DNA of 7,774 nt from Fonticula alba ATCC 38817 (taxonomy: Eukaryota > Protista > Nucleariida), in assembly GCA_000388065.2 (NCBI GenBank), contig KB932214.1, one strand, 5' to 3'. The notes under the pieces were generated by a model. It did not search any database and was not told the DNA's origin. It saw only the letters and a list, made by a program, of their open reading frames with translations. The position numbers and the translations under genes are program-made. This document shows positions 1-7,774 of the stretch, piece by piece (within the stretch, counting starts at the first letter, position 1; every line of letters starts with the position of its first letter).

Positions 1-26
1 CCCCTCCCCCCCCCCCCGCACCATAG
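1..26 (+). other. 3' end of a spliceosomal intron upstream of the first visible GCP3 exon
   Basis: C-rich tract 1-17 followed by CATAG (AG at 25-26); GCP3-like coding sequence (RLEERLLQDLLYLYQG) starts immediately after. Same C-tract-then-YAG layout as other introns in the window. Confidence 0.7.
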
Positions 27-1434
27 TCCGCCTGGAGGAACGCCTCCTGCAGGACCTCCTCTACCTGTACCAGGGCGCGGACTCCGGCAAGCTGCTGGCC
101 TTCGACCCGGCCACCGAGCAGTATGCCCTGCTGCCAGGAGCCGCCAGCCCCGGGGGGCTGCCGTCGCTGCCGCAGCGCCAGGCGGTGGCGGTCCTGTGCG
201 AGCCGGCCTGGCTGGCCCGGCGCTGCGCCAGCCTCTGCCAGCACATCGGGGCCCACGCGGCCAGGACCAGCTGGACGCTGCAGGCCCTGACGCAGGCGGC
301 CGGGCGCGAGGTGGCCGCCTTCCGGGACCAGGTCCAGGCGCTGGAGATCCAATTCCGCACGGCCTTCCGGCCGGACGCCCCGGGGCCCGGTGCAGGGCCC
401 GGCCCCGGGCACCACCGGCCCACGGTCAACGGGCTGAAGACCCTGCTGGCCTGGGCGGCCGGGCCGCTGCGGCTCCTCCGGCTGCTGGCATTCGTGGTGG
501 AGTCCTGCCGGGAGGGCGGCCCGGCGGCCGGGCGGGTGCTGTCTTTCCTGCAGGATCTGCTGGACGAGCAGCTGGCCTCCATGGGGTCGGCCCGGCGGGC
601 CGGGCCGGCCCCGGGGCCCTGCACCGGCGGCGAGGTGGATCTCCTGGGGCGGCTGCTGGCCCAGGCCAGCGGGCCCTTCTTCGGGCAGCTGCGCCGGTGG
701 GTGTGCGATGGCCGGGTGGACGACCCCTTTGGCGAGTTCATGGTGGTGGTGGTGGCGGCGGCGGCGGCGGCGCCCGGGGACCCGGCCGGGCCCGGGGCCG
801 GGCCCTTCTGGACCGGGCGCTTCGGCCTGGCCGCCGATCGGGTGCCGGGGTTCCTTGCCCGAGATGCCGGGGCCCCGACCGCGCGTGCCTGCCTCGACAT
901 CGGCCGGACGCTGGCCTTCGCGCGCTCGCAGCTGCACCTGGAGCCGGACCAGCTGCTGCCGGGGCCGGGCCACGACCGGCCCCAGGGCGACCTCCTGCCC
1001 GGGGAGGCCCTCTTCACGCTGGAGCGCCTGCCGGAGCTGGCCCTGGAGCTGGAGCGCCTGCGAGGCCGGGCGGCCGGGCGGCTGGTGGCCCGGCTGGCCG
1101 CGCCGGCCGGGCTCTCGCCGGGCGCCGGGCCAGCCGGGGCGGGCTGGCCCACGGCCGGGCTCCTGCCGGGCACCGGGCCAGCCGGGCCCGGCCACCCCGG
1201 CCCCCCGGCCCCGGTGGACCTCCCCCTGCACCTGGCCGCCCTGCGGGACTACATTCTCCTGGGGAATGAGCAGTTCGCCGAGGAGTTGGTGGGGCTGCTG
1301 AGCGCTGCCGCCGGCCCCGGGGGCACCCTGCTCGGGGTGCCCTCGCGCGATGTCAATGTCCATGAGGCCACGGCGGCGGTCCGGCTGGCGGCCGGCCGGG
1401 CGGCCGGCACCGGGGCCTGCGACGTCCGGCTGCG

Positions 1435-1473
<39 letters not shown>

Positions 1474-2206
1474 CGACCAGCCACCCCGCCCGGGCCCCGG
1501 GGCCCTGCTCGAGGGGGAGGTGGTCGCGCGGCTCGGGGTGCACTTGCACACGCGGCCGCCCGGCGGCCGGCCCTCCGGCTGGGACGTCTTCACCCTGGTG
1601 TATGCCTCGCCGGAGTGCCTGCACCAGGCGGCCATCCTCGGCCCGGCCGAGGGGGCCTTCTATCAGAATGCGCACGCGGCCCTGCTGCAGCTCCACCGGG
1701 CGGTGCACCTGGCGCGCGGTGCCCTGACGGCCGCCCTGCGCCGGGGGAAGCTGGCCCGGCGCCGGGGGGGCGCCCCCCCGGCGGCCGACCGCGCCGCACT
1801 TCGCCGCCTGCACCTGGCGCACCTCTTCGCCGGGACGCTGCTGTCGCACATCCGGGACTTGGCCCTCGGGCAGCTTTGGCACCGGCTCATGGCGCCGATC
1901 CTGCGGCTGGGCCTGGGCGAGCCGGGGCCGGGCGGCAGCAGCCCGGCCGCCGGGCCGGCCGCCGACCGGCCGCCCGACAGCCTGGACGCCCTGGCCGCCC
2001 GGCACCGGCAATTCCTGGCCGGTGTGGGGCATCTCCTGTTCCTGCCGGTCCCGGGAGGGGGGGGCCCCGAGGGGCCGGCCCCCGGGGCGGCCGAGGCGGC
2101 GCGGCTGCAAACCACCCGCCGGCGCCTGATGCGCGCGGCCGTGGCCGCGGTGGTGGCCCTCTCGCTGGCCGGCGGCTCCGGCCCGGCGGCCGACGCCTGT
2201 CTGCCG
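27..2206 (+). CDS. TUBGCP3: Gamma-tubulin complex component 3 (GCP3/Spc98), large internal exon, 5'-partial, with Gly/Pro/Ala-rich insertions
   Basis: Frame of ORF 185..2695 stays open upstream of 185. Ordered GRIP-domain motifs: LLQDLLYLYQG, LCEPAWL, LLAWAAGPLRLLRLLAFVVESC, WVCDGRVDDPFGEFMV, FWTGRFGLAADRVPGFL, IGRTLAF, HLAALRDYILLGNEQF, GWDVFTLVY (GWDVFSLDY is typical of GCP3 rather than GCP2/4), LDALAARHRQFL. Ends at phase-0 donor CCG|GTGCGT (2207). Confidence 0.85.
1103..1198 (+). repeat. Imperfect 48-nt tandem duplication inside the GCP3 coding exon
   Basis: 1103-1150 vs 1151-1198: 32 of the first 36 nt identical; encodes PAGLSPGAGPAGAGWP / TAGLLPGTGPAGPGHP. Confidence 0.8.
1436..1471 (+). 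repeat. (GCG)12 coding microsatellite giving poly-Ala (13 Ala with the following GCC)
   Basis: Read directly; in frame with GCP3. Confidence 0.95.
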
Positions 2207-2287
2207 GTGCGTGGCCGCCGCCCTGCCTCTGCCTCCTTTTTTTTTTTCTTTCTTTCCCTCTTTCCTTGCCTCTTCCTGACCCGCCAG
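2207..2287 (+). other. GCP3 intron (81 nt), or the 5' part of a single intron 2207-2405
   Basis: Donor GTGCGT 2207, T11 and pyrimidine tract 2237-2275, branch CTGAC 2276-2280, acceptor CAG 2285-2287. Confidence 0.7.
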
Positions 2288-2350
2288 GCCCACCCTGGGC
2301 ATTCCTCTTGCGCGCATGCATGCACGCACGCACGCACGCCTGCCCGGCCG
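2288..2350 (+). CDS. TUBGCP3: Possible 63-nt in-frame cassette exon of GCP3 (AHPGHSSCAHACTHARTPARP)
   Basis: Bounded by CCGCCAG| and CCG|GTGCGT, phase 0 on both sides, no stop. However it contains an alternating purine-pyrimidine run (2309-2339) that looks non-coding. Confidence 0.35.
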
Positions 2351-2405
2351 GTGCGTCCCTTCCCCCGCCCCTGTGGGGCTCCCTCGGCCGGGCGTCGCCC
2401 GCCAG
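2351..2405 (+). other. Second short GCP3 intron (55 nt), or the 3' part of intron 2207-2405
   Basis: Donor GTGCGT 2351, acceptor CAG 2403-2405; no clear CTRAY branch site. Confidence 0.55.
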
Positions 2406-2541
2406 GCGATCGGGCGCTTTGTGGCGTCGCTCTCCTCGCACGATCCCTCGCCGGTCCCCGGGGCCCGGGACCTCGCGGACGCCGCGTCGGCCGAGGCTGC
2501 CTCGCTGGCCGGCGGCCCGCCGGTCGACGAGCTGCCCGACC

Positions 2542-2576
<35 letters not shown>

Positions 2577-2672
2577 CTGTCTCCCGACCGGGAGGGGTCC
2601 GCGGCGCTGGCCCGCCTGGGCGCCCTCTGGGCCGGGGTGCTGTGCGCGCGCCTCGGCCCGATCGTCGTGTGA
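2406..2672 (+). CDS. TUBGCP3: GCP3 terminal exon (AIGRFVASLSSHD...LARLGALWAGVLCARLGPIVV*)
   Basis: Follows CAG 2403-2405 in phase 0, matching donor 2206/2207. Codon usage resembles the upstream exon (CTG/GCC/GAC/GTC). Stop TGA 2670-2672. The alternative frame reads as poly-Arg. Confidence 0.65.
2544..2576 (+). repeat. (GGC)11 coding microsatellite giving poly-Gly
   Basis: Read directly. Confidence 0.95.
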
Positions 2673-2818
2673 CCCGGCCCAGATCATGTGGTTAATTTAG
2701 CTTTCGCCGGCCAGCCCCGGCCTCTTGTCGCATTTTGATGTGTGTCGTGCCCCTGGGTGGCCGCCGTTGCCTCGGCCCCCAGCCGCCCCGGCGCGGCAGC
2801 TCCCTGTGTGCCTGTGTC

Positions 2819-2854
2819 TGCATGTGCGTGCGTGTGTATGCGTGTGTATGTGTG
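2819..2854. repeat. 36-nt perfect alternating purine-pyrimidine tract (TG/CG/TA mix) downstream of GCP3
   Basis: tgcatgtgcgtgcgtgtgtatgcgtgtgtatgtgtg. Confidence 0.9.
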
Positions 2855-3230
2855 GAATGGGGCGCGGCGGCTCCTCCGGCGCGCGCCCGTGGAGGGGCTG
2901 GGGCACCGCGTCGCGTACCTGGTGGGAGCCTGACGCAACACCCCCCCCCCCGGCTGGGGCGATGAGTTCCCACGCCTGCGTGCTCTAGAGTGTTCTATGC
3001 GGCCTGGAGGCCGGGGCGCCTTTCCTGCGCGCCAGCATCGCGGGCGTTGCTTTTCCCCTTCGCCGGCCCCCGGACTGGGGCATGCGCACTTGCGCGTGTG
3101 CGTCACTGTGCGCGCGTGTGCTCGAGCGGCCATTGTGTTTACGGCGCCGGGGTGGAGGGCCACGGCGCGCACGGGGGCCTCCCTCCCGGGCCTCCGGGGG
3201 GCGCGGGCGGTGACCGGCTTGTGGCGTGTG

Positions 3231-3260
3231 GATTGGCATCTTCCCGTCCTGTTCCCAATG
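3231..3260. promoter_or_regulatory. Pair of oppositely oriented CCAAT boxes upstream of the dehydrogenase gene
   Basis: ATTGG 3232-3236 (GCCAATC on the minus strand) and CCAAT 3255-3259, 18 nt apart. Motif match only. Confidence 0.3.
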
Positions 3261-3452
3261 AATCGGCCCCCACCCCCGGCTAGTTTCCCTGCCCCTCCCC
3301 CCCCCCTCCCTGGACGTGTCCTGCCCACCCCGCCCCCCCCCCCTCCTCGCGTCCCCGGGTTCCCGGCACACAGTACACCGGGACGCGCGCTCGCCGCGCG
3401 CGAGACCCCGGGGGAGGGGCCCGGCCCCGCGTCACTTGCATGGGGCCCGGAA

Positions 3453-3474
3453 CGCGCGCGCGCGCGCGCGCGCG
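3453..3474. repeat. (CG)11 perfect dinucleotide repeat
   Basis: Read directly; followed by AGCGCG. Confidence 0.95.
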
Positions 3475-3760
3475 AGCGCGGCCGGACGGTGGAGCGGTGG
3501 AGGGGCGGAAGGGGGCCAGGGTAGTGTTGTGCCCAGTCTCCGGGTTCCCGCCCCCCGCCCCCCTCGCCTGTCAGCCTTTTGTTAAGAGGGGGCGCCCAGG
3601 CGGGCCGCCCGGGTCAGGGAGCCAGCACCCCCCCCCCTTGAAAATCAGCGTTGACCCTTTCTCTGCCTGCTTTTCTTGTGCGCCCTCCGCCCTCCCCTGC
3701 GTTGCAATCCGCCCTCTGCCCGCCGCCCCCTACTCACACTTGCACACTTGCACTGGTGCC

Positions 3761-3807
3761 NNNNNNNNNNNNNNNNNNNNNNNNNNNNNNNNNNNNNNNN
3801 NNNNNNN
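3761..3807. other. Assembly gap (47 N)
   Basis: Run of N; followed by G and C14. Confidence 1.
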
Positions 3808-3808
3808 G

Positions 3809-5057
<1,249 letters not shown>

Positions 5058-5186
5058 TTTTGTGGTGCGCCTGCGGCGGCGGCGGCGGGGAGAGGGGGAG
5101 AGCCGGGCGGCGCAGAGTGTTTGCTCCGCCTGCCTCCCCTCCCCCTGTGTGTTCATCCTCCGGCTGCCGGGCGTCGTCCGTGCTTC

Positions 5187-5206
5187 CCTCGCCTCGCCTC
5201 GCCTCG
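5187..5206 (+). repeat. (CCTCG)4 pentanucleotide repeat downstream of the dehydrogenase gene
   Basis: Read directly. Confidence 0.9.
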
Positions 5207-5336
5207 CCCCGCCCTCCTGCTTGCGCGTTCATCGTAGAGCGAGGAGGGCGGCGGCGGCGGCAACGCGCGCTGTCCGGGTCCCGCGCCGCTGGCACGCGAA
5301 AAATACACCCCCTATCTTGCTTGTATGTCGTCCGGG

Positions 5337-5357
5337 GTGTGTGTGTGTGTGTGTGTG
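5337..5357. repeat. (GT)10 microsatellite
   Basis: Read directly. Confidence 0.95.
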
Positions 5358-6000
5358 CTCCGGGGCGCCCCCGGGTGCCATTTTGTGGGCGGACCCGATC
5401 GGCGCCCCGGTCCTCTTTGTGCCTTCTTTTTATTATGCCCATTTTTCCGATAACTGCCTGCCCCGTGTGTCCGAAGGGGGGGGGGAACGGGGCTGACCCC
5501 CGGGGCCTGGTGCGGCTGCTGGGACCCAGATCCGGGGATATCCCCGTGCTTTTCGCTCTGACTTGCCATTTAATCGGCGCGTCGACCGCGCCGCGGTGCC
5601 CGGCCGCGCCCGGCCGGGTGGCGGCAGCGCCGGCAGCCCGGGCGAGCCTGGCAGCCGGGGTGCCCCGCTCCCAGCCCCCAACGCACCCGTGCCCATGGCG
5701 CCCCCCAGCCGTCCGGGCCCCGGTTCCCTCTTGCCCAGGCCCCGAACCACGCGCTGCGGGGGCCCCCCACCGGCTCGGAGCCGGGTGTTTTGTTGGCCGT
5801 CCTGCCCTTGCTGCGGGCCGGCCCCGTACGTGTGTGTGCCGTGCGCCGTGTGCCGTGTTAGGGGGGGGGTGCCGCAGGAGCCCGCGGCCGCGGCCGCCGG
5901 CTTCGGCCCCCAAGATGGCAGGCGGTGACACGCCGTCTCAAGGCGGCCCGGGGTGGATCGCCACCCGGCCGGGTGCCTGCTCAGCCCCCGTCCCCTGCCC

Positions 6001-6609
6001 NNNNNNNNNNNNNNNNNNNNNNNNNNNNNNNNNNNNNNNNNNNNNNNNNNNNNNNNNNNNNNNNNNNNNNNNNNNNNNNNNNNNNNNNNNNNNNNNNNNN
6101 NNNNNNNNNNNNNNNNNNNNNNNNNNNNNNNNNNNNNNNNNNNNNNNNNNNNNNNNNNNNNNNNNNNNNNNNNNNNNNNNNNNNNNNNNNNNNNNNNNNN
6201 NNNNNNNNNNNNNNNNNNNNNNNNNNNNNNNNNNNNNNNNNNNNNNNNNNNNNNNNNNNNNNNNNNNNNNNNNNNNNNNNNNNNNNNNNNNNNNNNNNNN
6301 NNNNNNNNNNNNNNNNNNNNNNNNNNNNNNNNNNNNNNNNNNNNNNNNNNNNNNNNNNNNNNNNNNNNNNNNNNNNNNNNNNNNNNNNNNNNNNNNNNNN
6401 NNNNNNNNNNNNNNNNNNNNNNNNNNNNNNNNNNNNNNNNNNNNNNNNNNNNNNNNNNNNNNNNNNNNNNNNNNNNNNNNNNNNNNNNNNNNNNNNNNNN
6501 NNNNNNNNNNNNNNNNNNNNNNNNNNNNNNNNNNNNNNNNNNNNNNNNNNNNNNNNNNNNNNNNNNNNNNNNNNNNNNNNNNNNNNNNNNNNNNNNNNNN
6601 NNNNNNNNN
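6001..6609. other. Assembly gap (609 N), probably hiding the N-terminal exon(s) of the PRPP synthetase-family gene
   Basis: About 45 N-terminal residues of the family are missing before INESVRGEDV. Confidence 0.95.
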
Positions 6610-6661
6610 CCCCCCCCCCGCGCGCGCGGCACTGACCACCGCCCCCGGCCGGATCGGCCAG
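6610..6661 (+). other. 3' end of an intron of the PRPP synthetase-family gene
   Basis: Branch CTGAC 6632-6636, no intervening AG, CAG 6659-6661. Confidence 0.85.
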
Positions 6662-7154
6662 ATCAACGAGTCCGTTCGCGGGGAGGATGTCTACATCGTG
6701 CAAACCGGCAAGGGCGCGGTCAATGACCACATCATGGAGCTGGTCATCATGATCAGCGCATGCAAGATGGCCTCCTCGCGCCGGGTGACCGCGGTCATCC
6801 CGTACATGCCGTACTCCAAGCAGTCGAAGAAGAAGCGCCGGAATTGCGTGGTGGCCCGGCTCTTTGCCAACATGCTGCGCGTGGCCGGGGTCGATCATGT
6901 CATGACCATGGACCTGCACCACTCGCAGATCCAGGGGTTCTTCAGCGTGCCGGTGGACAACCTGGTGGCCGAGCCCTCGATCGCCGAGTACATCCGCAAC
7001 AATGTGGCCGACTGGCGCAATGCCGTGGTGGTGGCCAAGAACCCGGGCGCCACGAAGCGCGTCACCTCGCTGGCCGACTGCCTGGGCATCGAGTTCGCCC
7101 TGGTGCACACCTTCGAGAGCCGGGCCCGCGGCAAGGACGGAGCCAAGAAGAAGG
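6662..7154 (+). CDS. PRS1: Ribose-phosphate pyrophosphokinase family protein, Prs1/PRPSAP type, internal exon
   Basis: INESVRGEDVYIVQ, NDHIMELVIMISACKMASSRRVTAVIPYMPYSKQSKK, ANMLRVAGVDHVMTMDLHHSQIQGFFSVPVDNL, VVVAKNPGATKRVTSLAD, FALVH. PYSKQ and KNPG are Prs1/PRPSAP-type rather than the canonical PYARQD and SPDAG. Donor G|GTGCGT 7155. The symbol is a best guess at the subfamily. Confidence 0.93.
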
Positions 7155-7283
7155 GTGCGTCACTGGTGGCCGGCGCCGGCTTCCGATCCCCTTTTGCCCT
7201 TCTCTTCTGCTGACCCCCCCCCCGGTCCGCTCCCGGCCTCCCCCCTTGCCCTCGCCCTCGCCCTCGCCCTCGCCGGGGCACAG
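7155..7283 (+). other. Intron (129 nt, phase 1)
   Basis: GTGCGT donor; T-rich tract 7191-7207; CTGAC 7210-7214; AG-free C-rich spacer; CAG 7281-7283. Retention stops at TGA 7211-7213. Confidence 0.92.
7249..7272 (+). repeat. (CCCTCG)4 hexanucleotide repeat in the intron spacer between branch site and acceptor
   Basis: Read directly; a degenerate CCCTTG copy precedes it at 7243-7248. Confidence 0.9.
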
Positions 7284-7330
7284 AATATGCCCTGGTCGGC
7301 GATGTCAGTGACAAGATTGTTTTCATCCTG
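7284..7330 (+). CDS. PRS1: PRPP synthetase-family 47-nt exon (EYALVGDVSDKIVFIL)
   Basis: Conserved LVGDV motif; phases match both flanking introns; donor CTG|GTACGC 7331. Confidence 0.93.
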
Positions 7331-7440
7331 GTACGCGCCCCGCCTGCCGAGCCTTCCCCCCTGTGCCCCATTCGGCCGTCACTCATGCGTCCGTGGACCT
7401 TCTCCCTGCTGCCTCTCCGGCGGCGGCGGCCGCCCCGCAG
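7331..7440 (+). other. Intron (110 nt, phase 0) splitting the IL|DD PRPP-binding motif
   Basis: GTACGC donor, candidate branch CTCAT 7382-7386, AG-free spacer, CAG 7438-7440. Confidence 0.92.
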
Positions 7441-7590
7441 GACGACCATATCGACAAGTGCAAGGCCTTCATCAGCGCCGCGCACACGGTCCTCAAGCAG
7501 GGCGCCACGCGGGTGTACATCGTCGCCACGCATGGCATTCTCTCTGGCGACTCGCTCGAGACCCTGGAGGAAGAGGACGCCATCCACGAG
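7441..7590 (+). CDS. PRS1: PRPP synthetase-family exon (DDHIDKCKAFISAA...GATRVYIVATHGILSGDSLETLEEEDAIHE); gene continues beyond the window
   Basis: PRTase DD motif, GATRVY and ATHGI motifs; 150 nt; donor GAG|GTGCGT 7591. The expected following VVVTN is not in the window. Confidence 0.93.
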
Positions 7591-7774
7591 GTGCGTCGTG
7601 TCCTTCCGGGCGGCTGACCGCGCCGTTGCACGCCGGGGGCCGTGGGCAGCTCCGCCCCGCCGAGGCCCGGCTCGCGGCCCGCCACCCGAGGGGGGCACCT
7701 GCCTCGGTGTCCGCGGCTGTGGCCCCCCCATGTCGCGCGTGCGCGTGGTCGATTGCCCCGCGCCTCATCCCCCC
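7591..7774 (+). other. Intron, probably running past the window end
   Basis: GTGCGT donor; read-through stops at TGA 7615-7617; candidate branch CTCAT 7764-7768 followed by a C-run at the window edge. Confidence 0.7.

Noticed and set aside
61-2700. Several overlapping Arg/Pro/Gly-rich ORFs on both strands over GCP3
   Set aside because: Stop codons are rare at this GC content; only one frame carries ordered GRIP motifs.
3386-3480. Nested inverted repeats (3386-3394 with 3472-3480; 3421-3428 with 3442-3450) as a structured RNA or MITE
   Set aside because: Short stems built from CG repeats and G/C runs are expected by chance; no target-site duplication or ncRNA motif.
2684-3524. ORFs in the intergenic region (2684..3328 minus, 2997..3524 plus and others)
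   Set aside because: Low-complexity translations of microsatellites and C/G runs with no coding-like codon usage; the AWGP match to the ADH N-terminus is isolated.
3440-3760. ATG 3440 ORF (MGPGTRARARA...) as an N-terminal extension or targeting peptide of the dehydrogenase
   Set aside because: The Arg-Ala run is just the (CG)11 repeat, frame continuity depends on the nominal gap length, and an intron acceptor precedes 3828.
5911-6000. ATG 5915 in good context (CAAGATGG) as the PRPP synthetase start; also RRLK in another frame
   Set aside because: Neither frame gives the expected (I/L)F.G.SHP motif and the adjacent gap prevents a test. Possible but unsupported.
5981-7108. Minus-strand ORF opposite the PRPP synthetase exon, and long ORFs spanning the N runs (4730..7213, 5433..6632, 5925..6635, 5938..6666, 5953..6726)
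   Set aside because: Antisense shadow or artefacts of translating through Ns; only 6662-7154 on the plus strand has family motifs.

Overview
Very GC-rich, intron-containing eukaryotic DNA with two assembly gaps (3761-3807, 6001-6609) and three + strand housekeeping genes, all incomplete here. (1) A highly diverged gamma-tubulin complex component 3 (GCP3/Spc98), 5'-partial: exon 27-2206, a possible 63-nt in-frame exon 2288-2350, last exon 2406-2672. (2) A class III alcohol dehydrogenase / S-(hydroxymethyl)glutathione dehydrogenase: exons 3828-4002 and 4166-5057, first exon not visible. (3) A PRPP synthetase-family gene of the fungal Prs1 / animal PRPSAP type: exons 6662-7154, 7284-7330, 7441-7590, N-terminus in the gap, C-terminus beyond the window. 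The Prs1-type gene, fungal-style introns and extreme GC suggest an opisthokont, possibly a Fonticula-like relative of fungi; this is inference only. No mobile element, RNA gene, CRISPR array or new multi-gene system is supported. The best leads are a PRPP synthetase paralog with substituted catalytic residues (candidate pseudoenzyme subunit), duplicated or internal splice sites that could give in-frame alternative isoforms, an unusual intron architecture, and an almost lysine-free GCP3. Comparisons to reference proteins are from memory of the families, not from database searches.
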